Positions 1-11,067 of a DNA stretch of 64,000 nucleotides are shown here, piece after piece (position 1 is the first letter of the stretch; each line of letters starts with the position of its first letter). The notes under the pieces were generated by a model, which worked only from the letters and a program-made list of their open reading frames with translations, searched no databases and was not told the DNA's origin. The DNA lies in the NCBI GenBank assembly GCA_963844535.1, contig CAWJOP010000008.1, positions 196,801-260,800 on the forward strand, in the 5' to 3' direction. The DNA is from an uncultured Gammaproteobacteria bacterium. GTDB lineage: Bacteria > Pseudomonadota > Gammaproteobacteria > CAWJOP01. The position numbers and the translations under genes were made by a program.

Positions 1-1143
1 CATGGCATCCACCTGGTACTTATCAATAAACACCCCCAAATCACCTGGCTCGGAAAAATCCAATAATGTTGTTAGGAAAGTAACACTATTAATTCGCGGA
101 TCATTTTTCCCCGCACTATAAGCTAAAGCAGCAGCAAGTAACGTGCCACCAATGCAATAACCAATAAAATTAACTGGCTGCTGCCCGGCTGCTTTCTCAA
201 TAACATCCAGTGCCGCCAACGGCCCATTAAATATATAATCAGCAAAATTTTTATTGGCTGTTTGATCTGTGGGGTTAACCCAAGAAATCATAAACACTGT
301 ATGGCCTTGATCTACTAACCATTTCACCATCGAATTTTCTTGCTGCAAATCTAAAATATAATACTTCTTGATCCAAGGCGGTATAATTAGTATTGGGTTT
401 TGATGAACTTTAACGGTTGTAGGTTCATATTGAATTAATTGCATCACCTCATTTTGATAAATGACTTTGCCCGGTGTAATTGCCACATTTTCCCCAATCT
501 CAAAATAATTGAGATCAGTCATCTTAATATTTAACCAACCATTACTTTGCTCAAAGTCACTTAAAAACTGTTTAAACCCCGCCAATAAATTTTTGCCACC
601 AGTCTGCAAAATAGTACGCAATACCTCTGGGTTAGTGTTAATAAAATTAGCTGGTGAAAAAGCATCTAACAACTGACGAGTATAAAAATTAATTTTTATT
701 GCTACTTTTGGATCGGTTTCACTAACAACTTCTTTTACTAACGACTCAGTATGTTTAGCAGTCAATAAATAGCTTTGTCTAATAAAATCAAACAGTATAT
801 TATTTTGCCACTCTGGGTCTTGAAAACGCTTATCTTGGCTTTGAGCATCTTGTTTTTCTTTGCTTGAAACATTATCTGCTAAATTAGTATTTAAGCTTTG
901 ACAGATTTTTAAATACTCTTGGTAATAGGCAAGTTGCGCCGCCATGATTTTTTGAGGATTTTCCACGATCTTTTTCGCGAATTCTCCTAAAATATGCGGA
1001 AAATGTTGCGTATTAACTTCTAAATTTTCTTGTTGATGAGTCAGCATCTTCTGAAAAATTTTTTGATTTTTTTGTGCAATTTCATTCAATGATTTAGTAA
1101 ATTCATCTACATAAGAAGTTTCTGTTTCTGATTCGAAAGACAT
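1..1143 (-). CDS. phaC: poly(3-hydroxyalkanoate) synthase PhaC, N-terminal ~380 codons; the gene continues past the window start
   Basis: The minus-strand frame is open from an ATG at 1141-1143 to the window edge, so it has no in-window stop and is missing from the ORF track. My own translation gives MSFESETE...KRFQDPEW...NKYYILDL...GYCIGGTLLAAALA, which contains the lipase-box Cys and...FLTTLLDFSEPGDLGVFID, typical of class I/III PHA synthases. Confidence 0.85.
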   Translation of the reverse strand, partial: MSFESETETSYVDEFTKSLNEIAQKNQKIFQKMLTHQQENLEVNTQHFPHILGEFAKKIVENPQKIMAAQLAYYQEYLKICQSLNTNLADNVSSKEKQDAQSQDKRFQDPEWQNNILFDFIRQSYLLTAKHTESLVKEVVSETDPKVAIKINFYTRQLLDAFSPANFINTNPEVLRTILQTGGKNLLAGFKQFLSDFEQSNGWLNIKMTDLNYFEIGENVAITPGKVIYQNEVMQLIQYEPTTVKVHQNPILIIPPWIKKYYILDLQQENSMVKWLVDQGHTVFMISWVNPTDQTANKNFADYIFNGPLAALDVIEKAAGQQPVNFIGYCIGGTLLAAALAYSAGKNDPRINSVTFLTTLLDFSEPGDLGVFIDKYQVDAM

Positions 1144-1260
1144 GGGATAATTTCCTTATTTTTGTAAATGATACAGCATCTTCATCGGCAAAGGCTATTT
1201 TCACTCTAATTATAAATAATATGTTATAATACGAAACTTTGAAATTCTAAGTTATTTAAT

Positions 1261-1731
1261 TTGAGATATCTGATGTTGCAGCACAAAAAGAAGTATATTG
1301 TTTTTATTACATTCCTATTAATTTTAGCTGGTCCCACTACTGCTAATACCTCCGTCCATAACAAAGATGCGCTATGCCAAAGCGTTCTGCAATGCAGAAC
1401 AAAGCAATGTATTTTATCGCATGGTTTCGTACCGGTAAGAGGATTCTTTTGCCAAGATGGTTCAGGATATACCGAACAATATGAATTACCTCAAGTACGC
1501 CAAGGATCTGCCTATTATGCAAGGCAGGTAACGCATGGGCTACTTTGTTTTGCAACTCTTGGACTTTGGGAAATAGCTTATTATCCTATAGAAGAACAAT
1601 TTTCGCCCTACATTTTTATAGAAGCTACATACTTTAATAAACATAGTAGAAGAATCCAGGAACTTAAAATCTACACTAATCCTGCTGGTGGCGGCCCTGC
1701 TTATGAAAAGGTCTATACCTCTCGGGAATAG
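1261..1731 (+). CDS. hypothetical small secreted protein with an N-terminal signal-peptide-like segment
   Basis: 156-aa ORF with a hydrophobic N-terminus (IVFITFLLILAGPTTA). There is no recognisable domain. The TTG start in the track is doubtful, and an ATG at 1273 is possible. Confidence 0.3.
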   Translation: MRYLMLQHKKKYIVFITFLLILAGPTTANTSVHNKDALCQSVLQCRTKQCILSHGFVPVRGFFCQDGSGYTEQYELPQVRQGSAYYARQVTHGLLCFATLGLWEIAYYPIEEQFSPYIFIEATYFNKHSRRIQELKIYTNPAGGGPAYEKVYTSRE

Positions 1732-1750
1732 GTATATTGGCAAAATCAAC

Positions 1751-4700
1751 TCAATCCACAAACACCCGTAAATTACGAAACATCCTCATCCAAGGGCTAT
1801 CTTCACCCCAACTATCTGGATGCCAACTCCACTGCACGGTACGAAAAACACGTTCAGGATGAGGCATAAGAATGGTAAAACGACCATCTTGATTAGTCAC
1901 TCCCGCAGTTCCTAATGGGCTACCATTCGGATTAGCAGGATATTTTTCAGTTTGATTGCCATAATGATCAATATAACGAAGCGCAATAGTATGAGCAGCC
2001 TTTGCCGCAGAAAATTCTGCTGCCGTTAACCATTCTGCCCGCCCTTCACCATGTGCAATCGCAACTGGTAATTGCGATCCCACCATGTCAACAAACAACA
2101 CTGCAGGAGAAGGCGTAATTTCAACCATGGAAAAACGTGCTTCAAATTGTTCGGAACGATTACGCACAAATTGTGGCCAATGATCTGCTCCAGGAATTAA
2201 AGATTTAAGCTGTGCCATCATTTGACAGCCATTACAAACTCCTAAAGCAAATGTATGCTCACGATTAAAAAAAGCTGAAAACGCGTCAAATAATTTAGCA
2301 TCGTGCAAAATAGTATTCGCCCAACCACGACCAGCACCCAAGACATCACCATAAGAAAATCCACCGACTGCAACGAAACCTAAAAACTTATCCAGCGTTA
2401 CCCGTCCATTTTGCAGATCACTCATATGTACATCAAAACAATCAAATCCTGCACGCGTAAAAGCAGCTGCCATTTCCACTTGGCCATTAACACCTTGTTC
2501 ACGCAAAATGGCTAATTGTGGCCTCGCTAAATTGATATAAGGTTTAGATATATCTTCAGTTGGATCAAATTTTAGCGACGCATATAGCCCTTTATCATCA
2601 ACATCTGAAAGTGTTTGAAATTCCTCTTCAGCACAAGCAGGATTATCTCGTAATGCTTGCATGCGAAAACTAGTTTCCGACCAAGTTTTTTGCAACTCAA
2701 CCCGTGATTGCTGCAGTAAAATTTTATCTTCCTGGATGACAACCATGTCATCTTTTGCAGTAGACGTTGCAATAGGAATAAATTTATTTTCCAAATTATA
2801 TTCTTGGATCATTGCCAGAACTTTTGTTTTATTCTCTGCACGAATTTGTAGCACTGCACCTAATTCTTCATTAAATAAAAATTTAATCGGATTTTGTGTT
2901 ACAGGAATATTAATTTTAATCCCTATATGCGAAGCAAATGCCATCTCACACAATGTCGCCCACAAACCGCCATCAGAACGATCATGATAAGCTAGAATTA
3001 AATTTTGCTGATTAAGTAATTGAATCACCGAAAAGAAATTTTGAAGCCGAAGTGGATTATCTACATCAGGACATTCCTCGCCCAGATAACCATAAACTTG
3101 CATTAACACTGAACCACCTAACCGGTTTTTTCCTTGACCTAAATCAATCAACCAAAGTTCGGTATTCTCTTCGCGCGATAATAAAGGTGTTAGCGTTTTG
3201 CGAATATCGACAACTTTAGCAAAAGCTGAAATAACTGGTGAAACCGGAGCAATTACCTTTTGCAAAACATCACCTTCATTCCACTGCATTTGCATTGATA
3301 AAGAATCTTTTCCAACTGGAATGCTAATTTTTAAGTCAGGACAAATCTCCAATCCAACTGTTTTTACCGCTTCAAATAGTGCAATTTCTTCGCCGGAAAC
3401 TTTTGCCGCTGCCATCCAGTTTGCTGATAACTTAACATCAGCAAGTTGATGAATATTCGCACAAGCAATATTGGTAATTGCTTCTCCCACTGCCATCCGT
3501 GCCGCAGCGGCGGCATTCATGATGCCTAATGGTGTTCTTTCACCAATTGCCATTGCCTCTCCACTATAGCCAGTAAAACCACTCGCAGTAACGCCCGCAT
3601 CTGCCACCGGCACTTGCCATGGGCCTACCATTGGATCGCGCGCAATTAATCCGCCAACAGTTCTATCACCAATCGTAATTAAAAAACTTTTACTAGCTAC
3701 TGCGGGAAATTTAAGTACACGACTAGCTATTTCATTAAGCTTTTCAATTGAGAATTTAGTCAACTCTTCATGTGTTTTAAGATCTGGCGCATAGGAATAA
3801 GCGGTAGAAGCTGCTTGAATTTCTAGCTTAGGCGGTTTACCAAATAAAGCCGACATGGGTAGATCAATCGGTTTGTTTTGAAAGTAACTATCTTCTATTA
3901 ATAATTTTTGCTCTAAAGTTGCCGCACCAACTACTGCAAATGGACAACGCTCTCTTTGTGCAATGGTTTCAAATAGAGTTAAGTGTTTAGGATTTACAGC
4001 TAATACATATCGCTCTTGCGCTTCATTACACCAAATTTCTAATGGCGACAAGTGCGGATCGTCACTGGGAATAGCGCGCAGTTGAATATGAGCACCACGT
4101 TCACTTTCATGAACTAATTCAGGAATCGCATTAGATAGCCCACCAGCACCTACATCATGTATCGCTACGATTGGATTTTCTTCACCTAGAGCACAACATT
4201 GATCAATCACTTCCTGACAACGCCTTTGCATTTCTGGATTGGCGCGCTGAACCGAAGCAAAATCCAAATCAACTCGCATGTTATTAGCATCTAGCGAAGA
4301 AGCCGCGCCACCCCCTAATCCAATCAATAAAGCAGGTCCTCCTAATACAATAATATAATCACCTTCAGCAATTTGATTTTTATGGGTATGCATTGCACGA
4401 ATATTGCCAATTCCACCCGCTAGCATAATCGGTTTATGATAGCCGCGAATTACTTCTGCACAGTTTGGGTTTTGATATTCAAAGGTACGAAAATAACCAC
4501 AGATATTTGGCCTGCCAAATTCATTATTAAATGAAGCGCTACCAATTGGCCCTGTTAACATAATTTCAAGACTAGCAGCAATATGCGCTGGCTTTTTTAA
4601 TGGTGTTTCCCAAGGTTGAATAAATCCTGGAATCCGCAAATGCGAAACAGAAAAACCTACCAACCCTGCTTTTGGTTTTGCTCCACGACCTGTCGCGCCT

Positions 4701-5665
4701 TCATCACGAATCTCCCCGCCTGAACCCGTCGCAGCACCTGGAAACGGCGCAATTGCAGTAGGATGATTATGCGTTTCCACTTTGATCAAGATATGAATAG
4801 GTTCTTCTTGGCTACGATAAATTAACTGTTTTGGATCATAAAAAAAACGTTCGCCATAAGAACCCGCTAAAATAGCGGCATTATCTTGATAAGCCGATAA
4901 AACTCCGTCAGGATTTTTTTGATAGGTGTTACGAATCATCGAAAACAAAGAATGTGGCGCTAAAACACCATCAATTGTCCAACGTGCATTAAAAATTTTA
5001 TGCCGACAATGCTCTGAATTTGCTTGTGCGAACATCATCAATTCAACATCGGTTGGATTTCTATCCAGCCCCTGATAAACCGTTAAGAAATATTTTATTT
5101 CAGCTTCATTCAGTGCAAGCCCTAACGATTCATTTGCTGCTTGCAATGCGCTTTCTCCTTTTCGCAATACATCAATCTCAGTGAGTGGGGCTGGCTCTTT
5201 GGTGGTAAACAATTGATATGCATTTTCAAACGAATAAAAAACCGTTTCTAACATACGGTCATGTAAAATTTCACTGGCTTTAAACAGCTCAGAACGACTC
5301 AATGAATCATGAGATATTTCTAAATAAAAACTAATTCCGCGTTCTAATCGCTTAACGGTGGAAAAGCCACATAAATGCGCAATATCAGTAGCTTTAGTTG
5401 ACCACGGCGAAACAGTACCTATGCGTGGCACTACTAAACATAGTTCTGCAGGATGAATAAATTGCCTGGGTGATAGTAATTTTTGATTCAGCAAATGTGT
5501 AAGCCGCGCTAAAGTATCTACTGATAATGGTTCAGTGCTCTCAACAAAATACTCATAAAAAGCTTGTATGCTGATAATCGAAGGAAAACTAGCTTTTAAT
5601 ATCGATAAATATTTTTCAAGTCGAAAATCCGATAAAGCAACATCGCCTGCCAGGTGTAATATCAT
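1751..5665 (-). CDS. purL: phosphoribosylformylglycinamidine (FGAM) synthase, single-chain large PurL
   Basis: 1304-aa ORF with an N-terminal PurS-like region, an AIR-synthase-related middle domain and a C-terminal glutamine amidotransferase (GVCNGCQMM). Length and motifs are typical of gammaproteobacterial PurL. Confidence 0.95.
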   Translation of the reverse strand: MILHLAGDVALSDFRLEKYLSILKASFPSIISIQAFYEYFVESTEPLSVDTLARLTHLLNQKLLSPRQFIHPAELCLVVPRIGTVSPWSTKATDIAHLCGFSTVKRLERGISFYLEISHDSLSRSELFKASEILHDRMLETVFYSFENAYQLFTTKEPAPLTEIDVLRKGESALQAANESLGLALNEAEIKYFLTVYQGLDRNPTDVELMMFAQANSEHCRHKIFNARWTIDGVLAPHSLFSMIRNTYQKNPDGVLSAYQDNAAILAGSYGERFFYDPKQLIYRSQEEPIHILIKVETHNHPTAIAPFPGAATGSGGEIRDEGATGRGAKPKAGLVGFSVSHLRIPGFIQPWETPLKKPAHIAASLEIMLTGPIGSASFNNEFGRPNICGYFRTFEYQNPNCAEVIRGYHKPIMLAGGIGNIRAMHTHKNQIAEGDYIIVLGGPALLIGLGGGAASSLDANNMRVDLDFASVQRANPEMQRRCQEVIDQCCALGEENPIVAIHDVGAGGLSNAIPELVHESERGAHIQLRAIPSDDPHLSPLEIWCNEAQERYVLAVNPKHLTLFETIAQRERCPFAVVGAATLEQKLLIEDSYFQNKPIDLPMSALFGKPPKLEIQAASTAYSYAPDLKTHEELTKFSIEKLNEIASRVLKFPAVASKSFLITIGDRTVGGLIARDPMVGPWQVPVADAGVTASGFTGYSGEAMAIGERTPLGIMNAAAAARMAVGEAITNIACANIHQLADVKLSANWMAAAKVSGEEIALFEAVKTVGLEICPDLKISIPVGKDSLSMQMQWNEGDVLQKVIAPVSPVISAFAKVVDIRKTLTPLLSREENTELWLIDLGQGKNRLGGSVLMQVYGYLGEECPDVDNPLRLQNFFSVIQLLNQQNLILAYHDRSDGGLWATLCEMAFASHIGIKINIPVTQNPIKFLFNEELGAVLQIRAENKTKVLAMIQEYNLENKFIPIATSTAKDDMVVIQEDKILLQQSRVELQKTWSETSFRMQALRDNPACAEEEFQTLSDVDDKGLYASLKFDPTEDISKPYINLARPQLAILREQGVNGQVEMAAAFTRAGFDCFDVHMSDLQNGRVTLDKFLGFVAVGGFSYGDVLGAGRGWANTILHDAKLFDAFSAFFNREHTFALGVCNGCQMMAQLKSLIPGADHWPQFVRNRSEQFEARFSMVEITPSPAVLFVDMVGSQLPVAIAHGEGRAEWLTAAEFSAAKAAHTIALRYIDHYGNQTEKYPANPNGSPLGTAGVTNQDGRFTILMPHPERVFRTVQWSWHPDSWGEDSPWMRMFRNLRVFVD

Positions 5666-5769
5666 GATATAATCTTATACTGTGATAAAAATGCAAAGTG
5701 AATAAATATCGAGAAAATTATAGCGGATGGAGCAAGAAACAAAAAGATAAAATCGATGCGTATTAACGA

Positions 5770-7035
5770 TTATTGTATCACATCCGAAGCATGTTTTGCC
5801 GATGGTTTTATACACAAAATAGCAAAAAGCGCCAATAAAGCAGTAAAAATCAAATAAAAGCAGGGCGCAATCACCAACTGAGTTTCATAAATTAACGCCA
5901 TAGCAATTAACGGAGTTAACCCGCCAAATAAAGCAAAACCAAGATTGTAACTGACGGCTACACCACTGTAACGAATTCGGGTAGGAAATAATTCCGCTAA
6001 AAAACTAGGAATAACGCCAAAAGCAAAACCAACGAGTAACGCACTAAACAATAGTGCCAGTAACACATAATTAAAATACTGCGTATATATGAAGAAAATA
6101 GGATAGGCAAGCAAGATCGTTAATATACTTAAAATTATTAGCAACCATTTATGGCTAACTCTATCAGCAACTATGCCAAAAATAATATTTAGCAATCCTG
6201 ATGCAAATATTGCTAGCGTACTAAACCACACATATTGATGTGCTTCTATATGCAACACATTGCTTAAATATGCCGGGGCAAATAAAAACAATAGCGTAAT
6301 ACAAGAAGCGCCTAGCCCTACGACCAACATACCCCCTAATGCATTGGCCAATTTACTTTTTAAAACGACCATAAGCGGAAAAGATTCGGTTTTATTTTCT
6401 ATCGCTTTAAATAACGCAGATTCTTTTAATTGTCTCCTTAACTTATAACTAAAAAATCCAAATATTCCACCGATAAAAAATGGTATCCGCCAACCCCAAG
6501 CTAACAGTACTTGTTCAGAAAAAAAGCTAACTAGAATTGCATGCATCAGCGAACCCAATGTAATACCAAGCTGTAAAGAGAAAAAAATAACCCCGCAAGC
6601 AAACCCTCTTCTTTGCGGTATCGATTCACTTACATATGCAATTGCTCCAGGTATTTCTCCGCCAACAGATAACCCTTGAAATATGCGTAAAATAGTTAAA
6701 AGAATCGGGGCTAAAATACCAATACTTGCATAAGGCGGAACTAGCCCGATGCAGAAAGTGGCTGCTGCCATCATGAAAATTGATAAGGTAAAAGTTTTTT
6801 TTCTGCCAAATTTATCGCCGAAATGTCCAAATAAAACCCCACCTAAAGGTCTTACCAAGTAGCCAATGGAAAATGTTGCAAATGTGCTAAGTAATGCGGT
6901 GATATTACTGCTTTCTGGAAAAAATTCTTTAGCAATGTAGCTGGCTAATAAGGCGTAGATAATAAAGTCATAAAACTCTAATATCCCGCCTAAGCCAGAG
7001 AGTAGTAATAATTTTTTTTGTGAGTTATCAATCAT
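5770..7035 (-). CDS. MFS transporter, metabolite:H+ symporter (ProP/KgtP-like) family
   Basis: 421 aa with 12 predicted TM segments. It carries the MHS signature GHFGDKFGRKKTF and the second-half repeat GWRIPF. Confidence 0.8.
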   Translation of the reverse strand: MIDNSQKKLLLLSGLGGILEFYDFIIYALLASYIAKEFFPESSNITALLSTFATFSIGYLVRPLGGVLFGHFGDKFGRKKTFTLSIFMMAAATFCIGLVPPYASIGILAPILLTILRIFQGLSVGGEIPGAIAYVSESIPQRRGFACGVIFFSLQLGITLGSLMHAILVSFFSEQVLLAWGWRIPFFIGGIFGFFSYKLRRQLKESALFKAIENKTESFPLMVVLKSKLANALGGMLVVGLGASCITLLFLFAPAYLSNVLHIEAHQYVWFSTLAIFASGLLNIIFGIVADRVSHKWLLIILSILTILLAYPIFFIYTQYFNYVLLALLFSALLVGFAFGVIPSFLAELFPTRIRYSGVAVSYNLGFALFGGLTPLIAMALIYETQLVIAPCFYLIFTALLALFAILCIKPSAKHASDVIQ

Positions 7036-7043
7036 ATAACGAT

Positions 7044-7742
7044 CTACAAAGCCACAATATGCAAATGCTCATCTTCAAGATAAATTTGTGTACCCTTAGT
7101 CAATGCGGTTTTTTTTGCTTCCTCATTAACCCAATAATGTCCTGCAATTGAAACTAATTCTGCTTCTAGCGTTTGACAAAAAATTCTTGCCTGTTTATTA
7201 CCTTTTACTCCAGCTAATGCCCTGCCTCTTAGTGGTCCATAAATATGAATATGTCCATCAGCAATTAACTCAGCACCTGGGCTCACTGACGCTAACACAA
7301 TAAGATCTTTATTCTGCGCATAAATTTGTTGGCCTGAACGCACTGGTTGAGTAATCACCACCGCAAAATTCTCAACTGGAGGATCAAGTGATTTTACTTC
7401 ACTGCCATGTTCATCTTTTATTTTGGTAGAGCGATTTAAAATCGCCCAATTGGCTAATACGGCTTTTTTCTGTTGTGATTCACTGCCACCACAAATAGCC
7501 ACTGGAATAAAACCTTCCTTTCTTAAGATTTCATTTAACTTTACAAAATCCAACTGCTCAATGGTATGTACTTTTTGCAAATCAACCATGAGAGGAATAT
7601 GCTGAAAAAATCCTGGATTTTTCTGAATCAATGTATTTAATTGCTTGGCAAGACTATTAAGGTCATCCGATAAAAGCTGCAATACTGTCAAAGTAAAAAT
7701 GCTGCCTTTAAGCTGAAAAGCTACCTGATTTTTGGTTATCAT
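7044..7742 (-). CDS. minC: septum site-determining protein MinC
   Basis: 232 aa. The C-terminal domain [66 protein letters not shown] matches the MinC beta-helical dimerisation domain. No minD or minE lie downstream in this window. Confidence 0.85.
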   Translation of the reverse strand: MITKNQVAFQLKGSIFTLTVLQLLSDDLNSLAKQLNTLIQKNPGFFQHIPLMVDLQKVHTIEQLDFVKLNEILRKEGFIPVAICGGSESQQKKAVLANWAILNRSTKIKDEHGSEVKSLDPPVENFAVVITQPVRSGQQIYAQNKDLIVLASVSPGAELIADGHIHIYGPLRGRALAGVKGNKQARIFCQTLEAELVSIAGHYWVNEEAKKTALTKGTQIYLEDEHLHIVAL

Positions 7743-9242
7743 TGTTTTGTCTCCTCTCCTTTTAGATCCTGTTTAGAATCTCGCCACACCAAATTAAGTT
7801 CTCTGGCTGCTTTAACATCATCGAGACGACGAACAGGTTGATGATAAGGCGCTTTTTTCAATTGGTCTGGATTAGTAGTAGCCTCTTTTAAAATTGCAAT
7901 CATTGCACAAGCAAATCCATCCAACGTTTGCTTCGATTCCGTTTCAGTTGGCTCAATTAATAAGCATTCTGGAACTAACAAAGGGAAATACATCGTCGGT
8001 GCATGAAATCCATAATCAAGTAAACGTTTGGCAACATCCATAGCCGTCACACCAAATTGTTTTGCTTCTTTACTTAAGGTAATAATAAATTCATGGCTTG
8101 CACGTCTTGCAGGAAAAGCGAGGGTAAATCCTGCTTTTTTGAGTCGAGCCATTAAATAATTTGCATTTAATGTTGCAAATTCTGCAACTCGTTTAAGGCC
8201 TTCTCGTCCTAACAAACGTGCATAAATATAAGCACGTAAAATAATTCCGGCATTCCCCATAAAAGTAGATAATCGTCCAATCGTTTGTGGACGATCTATC
8301 TTTATCAACCAACATAACTATCACCTTTTTTGCCTACAATCGGTGCGGGTAAAAAAGGCACTACACGTTCACTAACCGCCACTGGCCCGACCCTGGACCA
8401 CCACCACCATGCGGTGTAGCAAAAGTTTTATGTAAATTAATATGCATAACATCAAAACCCATATCACCTGGTCTTACTTTGCCTAAAATGGCATTAAGAT
8501 TTGCGCCATCGTAGTATAAGAGCCCACCCGCTTGATGCACTAATTGCGCAATTTCTTCAATATGCCTTTCAAATACGCCTAATGTCGATGGATTAGTTAA
8601 CATAATCCCCGCAGTTTTAGGGCCAACTGCTTTTTTAAGTTCTTCAAAATCCATATCACCATCAGCTTTCGTCGGAATTTCGCGAACTTTAAAACCACAC
8701 ATCACTGCTGATGCTGGATTAGTCCCATGCGCTGCATCTGGCACTAAAATTTCATCACGCTCATGATCACCACGCGCTAAATGATAAGCGCGAATCATTG
8801 CAACTCCAGCAAACTCACCTTGCGCTCCAGCCATTGGTGTTAACGAAACTCCCGCCATACCAGTGACTTCAATTAAAATTTCTTGCAAATCATAAACGCA
8901 AGCTAAAAATCCTTGACTGTGAATTTCTAGGGCTAATGGATGTCATTGTAAAAAACCTGGCATTGAAGCAATCCGATGCACCCCGCGAGGATTGTATTTC
9001 ATGGTGCAAGATCCCAGCGGATAAAAATGAGTATCAATCGAAAAATTCTTCTGTGACAATCTCGTGTAGTGCCTTACAACTTGTAATTCAGAAGTTTCAG
9101 GCAAAAGAGGTTTCGTACGTCTTAACAACGCCGCCGGTAAATCACTGCTATCACCCAAGGTTCCAAGCAACTGTGCACCAGCATTTCGGCCTTGTTGTGA
9201 ATATTCAAAAATGGTTTTATTTTCTAAATCGAGGATGGTCAT
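7739..9242 (-). pseudogene. gcvPB: glycine dehydrogenase (decarboxylating) subunit 2, GcvPB, disrupted by at least two 1-bp frameshifts
   Basis: Three consecutive minus-strand ORFs at 8943..9242, 8361..8888 and 7739..8308 together encode the N-terminal, middle and C-terminal parts of a ~485-aa GcvPB (FYPLGSCTMKYNP.., HGTNPASA.., [20 protein letters not shown].., [10 protein letters not shown].., [17 protein letters not shown]). One shift is a CC-for-CCC run at ~8370 that turns GSGP VAV into GSGQW. A second shift lies near 8306-8312, and another is between 8888 and 8943. Confidence 0.7.
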
Positions 9243-9279
9243 AGTTGTCTTCTTAATAAATATAAAATGACAGTTCTTT

Positions 9280-10662
9280 TTAAACTGATGCGCATGAGTT
9301 TTCGCTGATATAACAGCGCTTAACCGCCTCACAAAATACCTCTAAATCCCTTTCACTCTTTGTCTCAGTCGCACAAATCAATAAACATTCACCCAATTCT
9401 GGATAATGCACTGAAGTTGCATAACCTCCTTCGATACCAAGACGAGATAATGCTAATAATATATCAGCCGCTTTTTTCTCCGTACGAACTAAAATCTCAT
9501 GAAAATAAAGGCGATTAAATACCGGTAAAATTCCCGGAATTTTCGTAATCTTATTGAACAGTTTTCGGGTATTTTCATGGCAATTTATTGCAACTTGCCG
9601 TAATCCTTCTGCGCCCATTAAACTCAGGTAAATCGTAACTGCAGTAACTAACAACCCTTGATTAGTACAAATATTAGAAGTCGCTTTAGCACGTCGAATA
9701 TGTTGTTCACGCGCTTGCAAGGTTAAAGCAAATCCTGGTTTGCCATCTAAATCTACTGTTTTGCCCACAATACGCCCCGGCATTTGTCTGACATAGGCTT
9801 CTTTACAACACATAAAACCTACATATGGCCCACCTGAAGCTAATGGCACACCTAAAGGCTGCGCTTCACCGCAAACAATATCTGCACCGGTTTCTCCCCA
9901 TTTACCCGGCTCTTTAAATAACGCCAAAGCAAGCGGGTTAACCACTGCAATCACTAAAGCACCTTTGCGATGTGCCCAATCTGTTAATTGATCCACTTCT
10001 TCTAAAATTCCAAAAAAATTAGGCTGCGGAATAATCAATGCAGCAATATCTGTATCGCCTAATGCATTTAATGATTCAAGCGGTGTATTCCCTTCTGTAA
10101 AAGAATAAGGCAAATCAACCAATTCAATTTGCTGCGGCGTAACAATAGTGGAAATCACTTCACGATAGTAAGGATGTAACGTTTTTGGCACTAATATACG
10201 TCGAGATTTCGTTTGACGATTAGCACGAACTGCCATGAAAACCGCTTCTGCCAAAGCAGATGCACCATCATACATCGAGGCATTAGAAACATCCATGCCG
10301 GTTAAACTTGCCATCATGGTTTGATATTCATACAAAAGCTGCAAAGTTCCTTGACTTGCTTCTGCCTGATAAGGCGTATATGCAGTCATATATTCGCCTC
10401 GGCCGACAATATCCCAAACTGCTGCTGGAATATAATGTTCATATGCGCCTGCACCAATAAAACATAATGATGAAACGTCCTGTTCGGCATATTCACGCAT
10501 CAGTTTAACTACTGCTAATTCAGACAAGCCTTCCGGAATTTTAGTGGATAATTCTTTACGTAGATTTTTAGGAATTTCATCAAATAAGCTTTCAATTGAA
10601 GGGCTATCAATTTCTGCTAACATTTGTTGAACATCATTTGCTGTATGTGGAATAAATGGCAT
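9280..10662 (-). CDS. gcvPA: glycine dehydrogenase (decarboxylating) subunit 1, GcvPA
   Basis: 460 aa with typical GcvPA motifs ([27 protein letters not shown]). It sits between gcvH and gcvPB. Confidence 0.9.
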   Translation of the reverse strand: MPFIPHTANDVQQMLAEIDSPSIESLFDEIPKNLRKELSTKIPEGLSELAVVKLMREYAEQDVSSLCFIGAGAYEHYIPAAVWDIVGRGEYMTAYTPYQAEASQGTLQLLYEYQTMMASLTGMDVSNASMYDGASALAEAVFMAVRANRQTKSRRILVPKTLHPYYREVISTIVTPQQIELVDLPYSFTEGNTPLESLNALGDTDIAALIIPQPNFFGILEEVDQLTDWAHRKGALVIAVVNPLALALFKEPGKWGETGADIVCGEAQPLGVPLASGGPYVGFMCCKEAYVRQMPGRIVGKTVDLDGKPGFALTLQAREQHIRRAKATSNICTNQGLLVTAVTIYLSLMGAEGLRQVAINCHENTRKLFNKITKIPGILPVFNRLYFHEILVRTEKKAADILLALSRLGIEGGYATSVHYPELGECLLICATETKSERDLEVFCEAVKRCYISENSCASV

Positions 10663-10680
10663 GAAAATTTACCTCAAAAC

Positions 10681-11067
10681 TTAGCTTGACCCAATATGTT
10701 CCTCATAAATTTTTGCATCCAGCAAATCGTTTAAGCTTGAGTCACTGACTTTAAGCTTAAATAACCAACCTTCTCCATAAGGACTGCTGTTGATCAATTG
10801 TGGTTCATCATTTAGCTTTTCATTAATCGCTACCACTTCGCCTGACAACGGACTATAAACATCGGCAGCAGCTTTAACTGATTCAACCACACTGATCTCT
10901 ACACCTGCTTCTGTAGCACGATGAATTTCTGGCAATTCGACATAAACAATATCGCCTAACAAATGCTGCGCATGATCCGTAATACCAATGGTATAAGTGC
11001 CATCCGCTTCTTGCCGCACCCACTCATGAGTACGCGTATATTTCAGTTCAGTTGGAATGTTATTCAT
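10681..11067 (-). CDS. gcvH: glycine cleavage system H protein (lipoyl carrier)
   Basis: 128 aa with the lipoyl-lysine region [18 protein letters not shown]. Its start overlaps the gcvT stop by 4 bp. Confidence 0.9.
   Translation of the reverse strand: MNNIPTELKYTRTHEWVRQEADGTYTIGITDHAQHLLGDIVYVELPEIHRATEAGVEISVVESVKAAADVYSPLSGEVVAINEKLNDEPQLINSSPYGEGWLFKLKVSDSSLNDLLDAKIYEEHIGSS

Noticed and set aside
2572-3449. Plus- and minus-strand ORFs of 66-108 aa (2572..2772, 2661..2987, 3198..3449) inside purL
   Set aside because: They are entirely contained within the well-supported purL frame. They have no motifs and have the odd composition typical of antisense or out-of-frame reading of a conserved gene.
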